A stretch of 64,000 bases of DNA from Ranitomeya imitator (GCF_032444005.1 NC_091291.1:134726001-134790000); one strand, 5' to 3'. Counted from the first letter of the stretch, positions 23,850 through 36,330 are shown. A program made the numbers and translations. Notes: generated by a model from the sequence alone, not told the origin.

Positions 23850-26800
23850 GTAAGATGAACCCTTTGAATCGGCTGCTAATCTGAGTTGGATGTTATGTGA
23901 GCAGCTTTTATGTTTTTTTTGTTGTTGTAGAAAACAGTGATATATCTGTTACGTGCGGATCCTCAGATATTCACCTGTCCATAAACATCTGCCCGGTTTA
24001 TTTTGCCAATTTTCTTCCCAATGAGCTTGCCTTGAATGGAAAACATAACTTAACGGAGTGCAAGGGTCTCATGGATATCTCAACAGATCCACCGGTCTTG
24101 AATTTCACTCTACATCTCGATGACTCTAGTAATAATACTTGTGGAAATTTCATTGACGTGAGTACTGACAGTATTAAGAAGTTAGAAGGTTTTTTTGTTT
24201 TTTTTTTTCTATACAGGAAAATGTTCAATTTATTAAAAGTTTGAGCTCAGATATAGCCGAACTAAATTTACGGGACTGATAGACATCCATCCAGGTGGTC
24301 CTATAGAAGTGTAAGGAGTGGTGTCTCAGCATGGAGGCCAGTGCTCCATTCACGCAGATGATGTTGGGATCTACAGGGTCCAAAATTATTGGACCTACAA
24401 CAAAATTAATCAATGTATAAAAAAAAAAATAGCAAATGTGTCACCTACAGCATGGATAGGTTAAATTTGTATGTAATGGACAACCCCTCTAAAGGTTTTT
24501 TCCCATGTTGGACATTGTGATTAATGTATGTAGTACGAACACCCCTTTAAAGGGGTTGTTGCATCCTTTCCAAAATGGAGTCAGCACATGCACTTAATAA
24601 TTTACAGAACCCCTATAGTAACGAAGGGGGGAGCCGAGCATGTACGGACACCACTCTGCTGGCAACAGGACCCAGTGATTGAGGTATAACCGGAGGAATC
24701 ATGTGGATAGGCCAGAAATGTCCGAGATGGGTCTACCCCATCATACTGGACATACAATAACACACCCCAGAGAGCTGTGGTGCATACGTGTGCCGAACGT
24801 ATAATAGGCTATCAACTCTTCAAAGGATAAGTGATTTATGTGCAGATCAGCAAGGTCCTGACTGCTGGGAATCCCCATAGACCCTGATAAAGGGGCTCTG
24901 AAATGCCAGTCACCGTCATTCCATTCATCCTCCCTAGGTCTGCCGGATATAACCAAGCACAGAACGGTACTGAACAAATCGCACAAATTCATTTCAGTGC
25001 CCATTTTTCAGCAGTGGTCAGAGCTCCACCGATCTGCAAGTTATCCTTTAGGTGGTTGTTATAGATTTTATATTGGAATTCTTTAATATGACTCTTTGCC
25101 TCCACAGATTATAAATGAGGTTGGCGTAGGTCAATTCAGTGCCTATTCAAATGTCCAAGCAGTCAGCATCTCGGGATTTGTGGATTCATTGCCAATAGCC
25201 GAAATGGGACTTGTGTCCTACAGCACAAATCTATACTACAACTTCTCCTGCCACTACCCGCTGCAGTACATATTAAACAACACCGAGCTGCTAACGTAAG
25301 TATGTGGACACGTTTTATTTATTATGCTCTTATGTCGAGGAGTATGGGGAGTGCATTATACTATGTTGAGGACTATGGAGAGTGCCTTATACTATATGGA
25401 GAACTATGGGGAGTGCATTATACTCTTATGGAGGACTATGGAGAGTGCCTTATACTATATGGAGAACTATGGGGAGTGCATTATACTCTTATGGAGAACT
25501 ATGGGGAGTGCATTATACTATATGGAGAACTATGGGGGGTGCATTATACTCTATGGATGACTATGGGGATACATTATACTGTATGGAAGAGTTTGAGCAG
25601 TGCATTCTACTATATGGAGGACTATGGGGAGAGCATTATACTATAGGGAGTGCATTATACTCTATGGAGAACTATGAGGAGTGCATTATATTCTATGGAT
25701 GACTATGGAGGTGCATTATACCATATGGAGGACTATGACAACTTTGCAGGGGTAGTTGAGGTGGGGTACAGTAGGGTCATCATACTGTGCATGTGGAGGG
25801 TACTGTGAAGGAATTCACTGTGGGGGTATCGTACAGTGTTTGTGGAGTACTTTTGTTGGCATGTTGCAATGAAAGTGGAATCTAGGGCTTCCGTATGAGG
25901 AACACACTAGGCTGACGGGTATCTACTGTGTATAACCAGCTTTACGTTTTTTTCCTATTAAACCTTTCAATTATATCTAATCATTTCCCATAGTTCCTTT
26001 GGAGCGGTCGCCATTAACAACAACAGTGGTAGCTTCATCAGTACTCTCCGGATGGGGATTTTCACGGTATGTGGGATCAAAAGTCATCGCTAAAACTTAT
26101 CAGTAGTCTTTTTCTCTTATAATTTCTTAGATTTTACCCAAGTGTTTTTGGCAGTGTATAATTGTACGATTGTTAACTAGACCATATACATTGTTCATCA
26201 AAGGATGAAAACTTCACCACAGAAGCAACTGGAAATGGCAACACTTATGAACTGAGGAAAAAAATATACGTGCAAGTAGCCAGCAATAACACGGCTATGA
26301 GGTACAGCATGGGTTCAACTGATGAATGTGTAATTTCTTTGTTGATTTTTTAGTCACATCGTTTCATTGTCAACTATATTGTCACCAAAATGTTTCCAAA
26401 GGTATAGTTGAATAGGCTGCTCCAAAAGGTTGGGCCCATTTAGACAAGTCTATAACCGAGAACTAGAGTTCCTAGGAATCCTCAATTGTCCAATATTGGC
26501 TCGTCCAAACAAGCCAACAATCAGCTGCCGAACGAGAAAAAAGCTCGTTCAACAGGTGAGATTATTTTTAAGTTTGCCTTAGGCCTCATTCAGATGTCCG
26601 ATTTTTGTGTACGAGTGCTATCCGTGTTTTTCAAGGATAGCACTCATACCCATGATAGTCTATGGGACCATCCACAGGTCCTATTTTCTTCCACAGACCA
26701 AGTGGTCTTGGGCAAATATTGGAGCCATGTCTGATTTTGATCTGAGGGTCGGATCAAAATCGACAATGAATGTCAACAGGTCTGTAAAACAAAAATTGCA

Positions 26801-29800
26801 CTGCATTCGGATGAAATGCGAGTACAGTCCGATTTACACAAACTGTCAGAATGGAGAAGACTCAAATAACACTCTGATCAGAATAATTGGTCAGATTTTC
26901 TCGTATGTGAAAAAAATCAGACAAGAAAATGAGGACTAAAAAGTCATCATTCTTGGCAGCACATTACCCGTGTAAACAGGACATGTGCTGCCTGTATAAT
27001 ATTCTGTGTGCTGTCGGCCAGTCTATTAAGGTCTATTAAGTTACCGCCGATCAACTTGTATGTATCCAATTGGCCATCGTTTAACAGCCATGGTTGGGCA
27101 GTCTAAATGGGCCTTAACTCTACTGGTAGAAGGTGAATTTTATGTTAAGCCTGCCAAGCCATCTTGCCTCTTCAAGGTAAGTGACTCGACCAGGGCTTAC
27201 AACTTCCGTATCCTCTGACCAACTGGTTGCAAAGAACGCACCTCCTGACAACCCTATGGAAAAGACTGGTTATTAGCCAGTTTATCCCTAGGAAGCAGTT
27301 TGTCCAACAAGATCTAGCAGAGGCAGCCAAACCTTGATTGGGTACATGGAGCAGTTCTCAAAACTAAAACCGTGACTAAATCTACGATAAGTAGATGGTT
27401 TCCACTGACCGTGAAATCGTAGTGTTTTGGACCTGGCACAACACTATGGCTTCTACTGCCCAAGGCTGTGTTCACATGTGTAGTAGTTATCTCCATCTTT
27501 TGACAAACAGAAATATAATGATTCAGTATAGGACCCATTCATTTGAATGAGGATCGAAAAGTCCTAAGAGGTCTTGACTGCAATCCAGCTAAAATCCAAC
27601 CAAAAACAGTTAGCAACTGGATCCATTTTTTTTCAACAGTGAAACATTTGTGTTTTGGGGAAATTAATCTTAATGGAAGGTCATCTGTAAAGTCATCCAT
27701 TAACGGATCAATTATTTTAGCACTGTGCATGCTCTCAGGTAGGCATTAGTTAGCGTTCACATGGGCAATACGATTTTGTCCAAACATGCAGTTTTATTAC
27801 TTTCATAAAACTCCAAGGGATTCAAACAGAACAACCTCATCTGGGCACAAAGGTATTACAGCAAATAAACAGATCATTCATCAGGCACATATCACATATA
27901 TCACTGTGGGCTAACCCAAACAGATTACAGTCCTTTCTCCAGGAGCAAACTTTACACACAGAAGAGGTAGTGTCTTACCAGCCTCGGTATCACCTTCAAC
28001 CTGAGCACCAGCAGTTTCCAGCCCCAAACAGAAGTGTTCAACTCCATACACAGCACACACTAAACAGACTGCAGCTGCCATAAGTTACTCTGCAGCTCCA
28101 ACACACAGACTGCTCAGCTTTCCTAGCTGACCTGAGCAGTCTGCATTCAGAGAGAGACCTAAGCTTGTCTCTCTCCCAGCTACAGCTCACATTTTGGCTG
28201 GTCACTCACCAGCTTCAACACACTCGACTATGCTCAACATCGCCAGCAGACTGAGATCTACCAGGTGAGCACATGCCTTGGTTCTTAGTCAAAGCTAGCC
28301 AAGTGTATCGAATCAGGACATAGTGCTAGAATTTAACCAACTACTACCTGGCTTTCTAACTATACCTGGAACACTAGAAAGGTGCAGAGACTCCTCTAGT
28401 AAAAACAGATCCGTTACAAATAAAACAAAAAGGTATGTAAAACGGAAACCAAAGTGTGCATCCGGAGAAGTGAACAGAGGCTAATCATCATAGATCGGTA
28501 TCTGCATAGCGTTTCACTGTATTTGCAAAGATATTATATATGTTGGGCATAAATGTTGTAAATAAAATTGTGCTAATTTTTTAAACTTTTTGAGAATTTG
28601 TCTAAACAAAATCAGGTTAGAAAATCTTCTGCTGATTCCCTGTATTTGATATTAACTGTATGACAATTTTGCACAATTACTCTACAAATCCTTTTTTATT
28701 TTTGTTTTATTTCTAGCTACTATGTTAATCTGGATGAATGTTTCGCCACACCTGGTCCTATTATCACAACTGTGGGAAATGATAGCTACTCTTTCTTCAC
28801 AGGGTAATGTAATGCCTGTTTCCAGAGTTAAACTAAGTAGACTGTAGTTTCTATTGTACTGGAGACATTACCTAATCTATGTATTTCATCTTGATTCATT
28901 ACAGCTGTAACAAACAAAACAAGACGACCATTATTCAAAATGGGCAAGCCACGACTGCAAAATTCAGTTTTGAGGCATTCCGATTTCTGCAGCACAGTGG
29001 CCAGAAAACGTCGTCAATATATCTGCACTGCTTCACCCGCCTCTGTCTGGCTGATCAATGTGCTGTAAGGGATCTTCTATTGGATCATACTTATGTAATA
29101 GGGACATAAATCTCAGGTCTACATTATCCACATATGTTGCTCATATCTATAAGGAGAAACAACCCTAGAAAAATGGACTTATATATAAATATCAGACAAA
29201 GTATATTGAATATAAAATTGCCTTTATTAAATACACATTGGCAAACGGTAATACTAATTAAAAAGAAAAATGTGCACGCGTCTGGACAATTTCTCCAGCA
29301 AAAATGTATATCAATTATATAAAGGTTTTAAGAAATCCTAAAATAGAAATCGGACCAAAGGATAATATAATTTATATCTGTATTGCTGACAAATATATAA
29401 TGATATAAGAGCCCCCCCCAAATAAAAATATGATGCTTAAGAAATTTTATGGATTCATGAAATCATAAAAAATCCTAAAAAATGTTTGTAGTTGTCAAAC
29501 TCATTTAAATAACAAATCTCAACGTAATATATAGTGCAAAAAGCGCATAGTTATCATTAGGAATAAAACTTGATAGATGGGACTTAACTCACAGTGAATG
29601 GCAAGAAAGTGAAACAAAAACTTCACCATTAATGTGGATCCATATTGGATTGTGAGGGTGCAGTAATGCAAACAAAAAAATCCCACAAATATATAAGGGC
29701 AATTCTGGGGCAATATATCTTTAAGGTCCGGTTCCGGGAGAGTCACAGACAACGCAAACACCCCGACGCGTGTTTTATATTCAATATACTTTGTCTGATA

Positions 29801-32800
29801 TTTATGTATAAGTCCATTTTTCTGGGGTTATTTCTGCTCTTCTTCTTGAGTGGTTATCACTCTTTGTCACAAACACTTTCTGGCTATCACTGTTATTGAA
29901 ATATATATATACATGCTTATATTTCTATGATTTAATTTGTGTATACCCATTAAGTGTTGTTTTACTCATATCTATAAGCAGTCAAGTCAGGTGCATTTTT
30001 AGTGTTTTTCACCAGAATTACCGGCATACACCAAGGCCCCTGTAAATGAAAAAGTATACACATGTTCACTAGGTTTCCCCACATACAAAATATAAGCGGA
30101 AAATATAAAAAATGTCCAGTTTTAGAACAATATAGAACAGCGATTCTTATAGCCTGTGTATATAGTTTTGCATTTTAGGTATAGCAGTATTTTACAAAAT
30201 GGGAAAATGCTGATAGAAATGTTTTACCAACATCCATATTTCCTGTCTAGAAATGCAGCGGCTCACGAAAAAGGAGAGAAGCTAATGCTAATAAAGAGCA
30301 GGTGATGGTTTCATCCGGACCCCTCTATGTAACAGGTACATGTCTGCAACTGAGATTAAAGGGGACCCATCACTTTTAGGACTCCAAACCACAACGTTTA
30401 GCTGACAGTGCCGCTCCCTTGCTTTCTAAAGGTGCCATAGCAGATTCTGGATTTTGCTTAGGGAGAACTTTATCTCCCCTGTATGTATAACAATAATGTT
30501 TTTGTAGTAAAGCAGGTGGAGATGATCGGGAAAGAAATCTGACATGGTTAACGTAGCTGAAGACAAGGGCTTGTAATGACATACTGTCCTCTGGGATGTC
30601 AATCAAATTAATTGGGCAGAATTAGGGTGCAACAGTCCTCTCTCCCATTCACTGCAAGGAGGTTATTAACATACAGCATGCACAGTAATTAAAGGGACTG
30701 TCCAGGACTAAAGCCCCAAATACAATACAGATAGTTGTCGGCCAAGTGATGTTTGGGTAGTAGCTAATTTGCCCAACTGTCCCATACACAGGAGCGCTCC
30801 TGTGTTCTCTAAACAGACCTTCTGCTAGACTCCTGCCGCAGCGGACTATCTCTCGAAGGACAAAAGCAAAGTCAGTCCTAAATTGGAAATACTGGATCCT
30901 TATCTCTCCCCACAATCTTGTCGGGGACCTCTATACACCCTAGACTGTCGGACGATCTTGTGGATATTAGCGGGTTTGGCTGACAACAGTCTAATGTGTA
31001 TGGTAGTCTTAAGATCCTTAGGATAAGTCATCGGAGGGATGACATCAGACATCCGGCACCTCCACCAGTTGGCCATATCCCGGTCTTGCATCTGATGGAT
31101 GTTCATAGTGTACAGATACCATTCACATGAGGGGCACCATCAGCTAGTGATGGCAGTTTGGAGACCAAAAAGCTACTGATGAATCCTCTTGGCGGTTGGC
31201 ATCGGCGTAATAGAACATCATATGACATTATTCATAAACTTTTTTTTTGCATGAGTCACAAGTTCAGGGTCCAGTGCCCCCCGTTTGGTAAGAATTCTGT
31301 TCTGTATCTTCATTTTCAGTACAATAAATGAGGTAAAACTAAAGCCAAACAGAACAGCAGAAAACTAGGATCTTTTTTATATAAATAATTACCAGTCGGA
31401 AGCTTTTTGCGTGGATTCTTCCCACTGTTCCCTGCTGAAAAGATATGACATGTCATCTATTCGTGTCCTGGTCCAGACGCGTAACATAATCCGAAAAACC
31501 CAGGTTTCTCCACCAACCGTGTATCTTTCATCCACTAAATTTAATTGTTTTTGCTTCCATCAGAATTTTACATTAGGAGTGTTCCCCGACATTTATTTCG
31601 GACTGAAGTCTCCTTCGCAGGCCACTGCATGTGCATAGAGGATCATACATTGGCACATTGACTCCCATAGTAAAAAAAAGTAACTTTTTACTGTGTCCCT
31701 ATATACAAAAACCCTAAAGAAATGTAAAACAGATGACATAGTAAAAAAAAAAGGTGTGTGTTCACGCTTTTTCATAGAAGAACTTGGGCACCATGGTTTG
31801 AGAACGACTGGAACTTCTGCCCTTATCAGTTACCAATACTTCTCATCTCAATTTTCATCATTTCTAAGGTTACTTGAACACTTTTGGTAATTTTTCTGAT
31901 AGTTTCTGCTGCATCTGCTCAATGCCAATTTCAGGGAAGAGGTGGCTAAAATTCCCTGGAATAGAAGGCACTCTAAATGGCACTTGTGATTGGCTTTTTT
32001 GATTTACTTTTGTTTTATTAAAGGAGTTTTTCTTTCACTCCACCCTTGAAAATTGCCCACTGTGCCTAGTATTTATGTACTTTTAACCTTAATCATGACC
32101 ATTTGTAATTCGTGGCATCCCTAGCTGTACTGGATTGGTTTCCTGAAAGAAACTATACAGAAAAAAATATCCCATTTTTTTTCCCCCTAGTTATTCATAG
32201 GAAATGTTAATTTCTAATTGGCTACTAAGATACAACAAAGCATCTGCGTAATAAAATAAAACTCGGCATGATATTGTCTTTTATCTGTTTTGCAGGGGAA
32301 ACGGGTGAATGGTCTGGATTTAACAGTGGTGGTATGTGTTCCTCTATGTACAGGTCCTTCTCAAAAAATTAGCATATAGTGTTAAATTTCATTATTTACC
32401 ATAATGTAATGATTACAATTAAACTTTCATATATTATAGATTCATTATCCACCAACTGAAATTTGTCAGGTCTTTTATTGTTTTAATACTGATGATTTTG
32501 GCATACAACTCCTGATAACCCAAAAAACCTGTCTCAATAAATTAGTATATTTCACCCATCCAATCAAATAAAAGTGTTTTTTAATAACAAACAAAAAAAC
32601 CAACAAATAATAATGTTCAGTTATGCACTCAATACTTGGTCGGGAATCCTTTGGCAGAAATGACTGCTTCAATGCGGCGTGGCATGGAGGCAATCAGCCT
32701 GTGACACTGCTGAGATGTTCTGGAGGCCCAGGATGCTTCAATAGCGGCCTTAAGCTCATCCAGAGTGTTGGGTCTTGCGTCTCTCAACTTTCTCTTCACA

Positions 32801-34337
32801 ATATCCCACAGATTCTCTATGGGGTTCAGGTCAGGAGAGTTGGCAGGCCAATTGAGCACAGTAATACCATGGTCAGTAAACCATTTACCAGTGGTTTTGG
32901 CACTGTGAGCAGGTGCCAAGTCGTGCTGAAAAATGAAATCTTCATCTCCATAAAGCATTTCAGCCGATGGAAGCATGAAGTGCTCCAAAATCTCCTGATA
33001 GCTAGCTGCATTGACCCTGCCCTTGATGAAACACAGTGGACCAACACCAGCAGCTGACATGGCACCCCACACCATCACTGACTGTGGGTACTTGACACTG
33101 GACTTCAGGCATTTTGGCATTTCCTTCTCCCCAGTCTTCCTCCAGACTCTGGCACCTTGATTTCCGAAGGACATGCAAAATTTGCTTTCATCAGAAAAAA
33201 GTACTTGGGACCACTTAGCAACAGTCCAGTGCTGCTTCTCTGTAGCCCAGGTCAGGCGCCTCTGCCGCTGTTTATGGTTCAAAAGTGGCTTTACCTGGGG
33301 AATGCGGCACCTGTAGCCCATTTCCTGCACACGCCTGTGCACGGTGGCTCTGGATGTTTCCACACCAGACTCAGTCCACTGCTTCCTCAGGTTCCCCAAG
33401 GTCTGGAATCGGTCGTTCTCCACAATCTTCCTCAGGGTCCGGTCTCCTCTTCTCGTTGTACAGCGATTTCTGCCACATTGTTTCCTTCCAACAGACTTAC
33501 CATTGAGGTGCCTTGATATAGCACTCTGGGAACAGCCTATTTGTTGAGAAATTTCTTTCTGGGTCTTACCCTCTTGCTTGAGGGTGTCAATGATGGCCTT
33601 CTTGACATCTGTCAGGTCGCTAGTCTTACCCATGATGGGGGTTTTGAGTAATGAACCAGGCAGGGAGTTTATAAAAGCCTCAGGTATCTTTTGCATGTGT
33701 TTAGAGTTAATTAGTTGATTCAGAAGATTAGGGTAATAGGTCGTTTAGAGAACCTTTTCTTGATATGCTAATTTATTGAGACAGGTTTTTTGGGTTATCA
33801 GGAGTTGTATGCCAAAATCATCAGTATTAAAACAATAAAAGACCTGACAAATTTCAGTTGGTGGATAATGAATCTATAATATATGAAAGTTTAATTGTAA
33901 TCATTACATTATGGTAAATAATGAAATTTAACACTATATGCTAATTTTTTGAGAAGGACCTGTATTTTCCTACATATAAAAGGACCCTAAAGCAGCTTTT
34001 ATACAAGGGCTGGACAATTTCCTTGATACGCATAACATTGCTGGTTGAAGAAACAACATGATTATTGCCATCAGCTTTGTCCCGTTATTACAGCCCAGCC
34101 CCCTTCACTTGAGTAGCGATAACCTGTAATACCAGGCACAGCCTGCTGACGGGTGGCGCTGGTTCTGGGCAAAAAAAAAAAGAAAAACTCGCCAATAATT
34201 TGTAACTATTTTTTCCTGATTATTTTACATCATATTAATTTGCCTGTTTTTGTTGATTTACAGGGACAAATCTTCTGACCGGAAACCATGCAGGACTTGC
34301 TGTTGGTCTCATCGTCGCTGCCGTCATAAGAGCTTGA
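23762..34337 (+). CDS. ZPLD1/cupulin-like ZP-module protein A, 371 aa; join(23762..23849,23931..24157,25108..25295,25994..26066,26204..26301,28717..28803,28905..29064,30251..30335,32296..32331,34264..34337)
   Basis: Signal peptide MYLGIVLLIFSYL; ZPLD1-like motifs LALNGKH, YNFSCHYPLQY, SFISTL, LDECFATP, FSFEAFRF and IYLHCFTRLC; furin site RKRR; EHP VMVSSGPLYV; hydrophobic C-terminus. All introns GT-AG, phases consistent, 1116 nt open. Confidence 0.9.
23931..24157 (+). CDS. ZP gene A exon: ZP-N first part
   Basis: 227 nt, NSDISVTCG...TCGNFID; same length as 48541-48767. Confidence 0.92.
25108..25295 (+). CDS. ZP gene A exon: ZP-N second part
   Basis: 188 nt, IINEVG...FSCHYPLQYILNNTELL; same length as 50928-51115. 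Confidence 0.92.
25318..25738. repeat. ~32-35-bp minisatellite in ZP gene A intron
   Basis: About a dozen copies of ggagtgcattatactatatggagaactatgg-like units. Confidence 0.9.
25994..26066 (+). CDS. ZP gene A exon: linker/IHP
   Basis: 73 nt, SFGAVAINNNSGSFISTLRMGIFT; CATAG|...ACG|GTATGT. Confidence 0.9.
26204..26301 (+). CDS. ZP gene A exon: ZP-C start
   Basis: 98 nt, DENFTTEATGNGNTYELRKKIYVQVASNNTAM. Confidence 0.88.
26581..26938. mobile_element. MITE in ZP gene A intron
   Basis: TIRs aggcctcattcagatgtccgatttt / aaaatcagacaagaaaatgaggact. Confidence 0.55.
28717..28803 (+). CDS. ZP gene A exon: ZP-C (DECFATP)
   Basis: 87 nt, YYVNLDECFATPGPIITTVGNDSYSFFT. Confidence 0.92.
28905..29064 (+). 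CDS. ZP gene A exon: ZP-C end
   Basis: 160 nt, CNKQNKTT...FEAFRF...LHCFTRLCLADQCA. Confidence 0.92.
30251..30335 (+). CDS. ZP gene A exon: furin site and EHP
   Basis: 85 nt, KCSGSRKRREANANKEQVMVSSGPLYVT; CTAG|...ACA G|GTACAT. Confidence 0.88.
32296..32331 (+). CDS. ZP gene A 36-nt micro-exon (phase 1-1)
   Basis: TTGCAG|GG GAA ACG...GGT G|GTATGT; ETGEWSGFNSG; positional equivalent of 59293-59316. Confidence 0.7.
32351..33962 (-). mobile_element. Full-length Tc1 (DD34E) transposon with intact transposase, in ZP gene A intron
   Basis: TA|CAGGTCCTTCTC...GAGAAGGACCTG|TA; ~197-bp near-identical TIRs; uninterrupted ORF (MGKTSDL from 33633 to 32629, 334 aa) with FSDESKF, QHDLAPAH and, 34 residues later, PIENLW. 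Confidence 0.95.
32629..33633 (-). CDS. Tc1 DD34E transposase
   Basis: Open frame with paired-like HTH and complete DD34E triad. Confidence 0.92.
   Translation of the reverse strand: MGKTSDLTDVKKAIIDTLKQEGKTQKEISQQIGCSQSAISRHLNGKSVGRKQCGRNRCTTRRGDRTLRKIVENDRFQTLGNLRKQWTESGVETSRATVHRRVQEMGYRCRIPQVKPLLNHKQRQRRLTWATEKQHWTVAKWSQVLFSDESKFCMSFGNQGARVWRKTGEKEMPKCLKSSVKYPQSVMVWGAMSAAGVGPLCFIKGRVNAASYQEILEHFMLPSAEMLYGDEDFIFQHDLAPAHSAKTTGKWFTDHGITVLNWPANSPDLNPIENLWDIVKRKLRDARPNTLDELKAAIEASWASRTSQQCHRLIASMPRRIEAVISAKGFPTKY
34264..34337 (+). CDS. ZP gene A last exon: short hydrophobic C-terminus
   Basis: TTACAG|GG ACA AAT CTT...GCT TGA; TNLLTGNHAGLAVGLIVAAVIRA*; aligns with the LHGTLTGLIVGIII region of gene B. 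Confidence 0.75.
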
Positions 34338-34364
34338 CTCTAAAATGTCTTTAATGTTGCCGTA

Positions 34365-34495
34365 AATAAATGACTAAGAGTGCACAAAGCGTATAATGAT
34401 GATACATAAATTACAAGGATTGCGTACAATGATAGACCGCTGATTGTAAAAATTGTAAAAAAATATTGTAAACTGTATGATTCCTGTGTAATAAA
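34365..34495 (+). terminator. Candidate poly(A) signals of ZP gene A
   Basis: AATAAA at 34365-34370 and 34490-34495. Confidence 0.5.
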
Positions 34496-35419
34496 GCACA
34501 GATTAAACATGGCTGAATATCGGGTCTGCTTCGTTCTTCCCACGTGTAAGAATAATGAATTGAATGATGCACAATGTGACCAACAAATACATCAAAATTG
34601 TCAAACTGTTATATTGTAAAGCGTTATTCCCAACATATAAAATAATCACCTGTGCATAGGACAGGTGGTAATAAATGGTGGATCAGTGGGTGTCCGAATG
34701 CAGGGAACCCCAACGAGTCCAAGAACGAGGGTTTGAAATGTGCATTTGCAGAATCACTCCTTTCATTATTTGTGTGTGCCAGAGATGGCCAAGTGTGGTC
34801 ACCTCTGTATTTCAGATAATTTCCCTCTTTGTCTTACTTACTCTGTCCTATCTAGATCCGCAACCTTTGCGAGTTATAAACTCTAGGCTGCTCTGCTAGG
34901 CATCCTGACCATGAACCCGTCTCCAATTGTCACTCTGTTCTTTTGGTCACTTATTTTGCTCTTTCCGCTAGGATCTCGCTATCTCTCAGCTTGGTCTCCT
35001 TTTACAGTTTGGACACCCTTGTCATGCGGCACTGATCACAATAGACCTTAGGTCTTCTTTCTATGCACACTGGGCCCTTTCCAACCTCCTAACAGGAAAA
35101 AACCTCTATCCCTTCAGCTTGCCCTTCCTACTCTGGGCTAGTCCCAACCATTAACTCTTACTTTTCCACTGTCAAAAATACATCATTAAAGGGAACCTCT
35201 CAGCAGGATTGTGCTGAGTAACCTACACACACTGTTAGGTTGGCACCGTTATACTGATTAAAATGATACCTTGTTTGATTAAATGCATCTTGTGGTTGTT
35301 GTTTAATCTTTATTCTCAGTTTTTAGTTAATGATTTGCTCGTGCTTCAGGGTTGGGCTGTGGGGGGTCTTCATGTGGTGCTCTGATTAGCTATCCATCAG
35401 TATGGCTTCTGACAGGTCA

Positions 35420-36328
35420 CTGATTTTAACAACTGTTAAGAGGAGACTTAGTGCAGCAGGCCTTCATGGTAAAATAGCTGTTATGAAACCACTGCTAAGG
35501 ACAGGCAACAAGCAGAAGAGACTTGTTTGGGCTAAAGAACACAAGGAATGGACATTAGACCAGTGGAAATCTGTGCTTTGGTCTGATGAGTCGAAATTTG
35601 AGATCTTTGGTTCCAACCACTGTGTCTTTGTGCGACGCAGAAAAGGTGAACGGATGGACTCTACATGCCTGTCTCCCACCGTGAAGCATGGAGGAGGAGG
35701 TGTGATGGTGTGGGGGTGCTATGCTGGTGACACTGTTGGGGATTTATTCAAAATTGAAGGCATACTGAACCAGCATGGCTACCACAGCATCTTGCAGCGG
35801 CATGCTATTCCATCCGGTTTGTGTTTAGTTGGACCATCATTTATTTTTCAACAGGACAATGACCGCAAACACACCTCCAGGCTATGTAAGGGCTATTTGA
35901 CCAAGAAGGAGAGTGATGGTGTGCTACGCCAGATGACCTGGCCTCCAGTCACCAGACCTGAACCCAATCGAGATGGTTTGGGGTGAGCTGGACCACAGAG
36001 TGAAGGCAAAAGGGCCAACAAGTGCTAAGCATCTCTGGGAACTCCAACAAGATTGTTGGAAAACCATTCCCGGTGACTACCTCTTGAAGCTCATGAAGAG
36101 AATGCCAAGAGTGTGCAAAGCAGTCATCAAAGCAAAAGGTGACTACTTTTGAAGAACCTAGAATATAAGATATATTTTTAGTTGTTTCACACTTTTTTAA
36201 GTATATAATTCCACATGTGTTAATTCATAGTTCTGATGCCTTCAGTGTGAATTTACAATCTTCATAGTCATGAAAATACAGAAAAATCTTTAAATGAGAA
36301 GGTGTGTCCAAACTTTTGGTCTGTACTG
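35420..36328 (+). mobile_element. 5'-truncated Tc1 remnant
   Basis: ORF 35402..35986 with VLWSDESKF, VKHGGGGVMVWG and QQDND, then a frameshift; TIR ends ctgtactg|TA. Confidence 0.88.
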
Positions 36329-36330
36329 TA

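Noticed and set aside
25302-25702. Three overlapping repetitive ORFs (YYMENYGECI and similar), also 11686-12056
   Set aside because: They are translations of a minisatellite in all frames, not genes.
27110-28420. Possible additional solo LTR ending ccgttaca
   Set aside because: No matching 5' TG terminus or target duplication could be identified.
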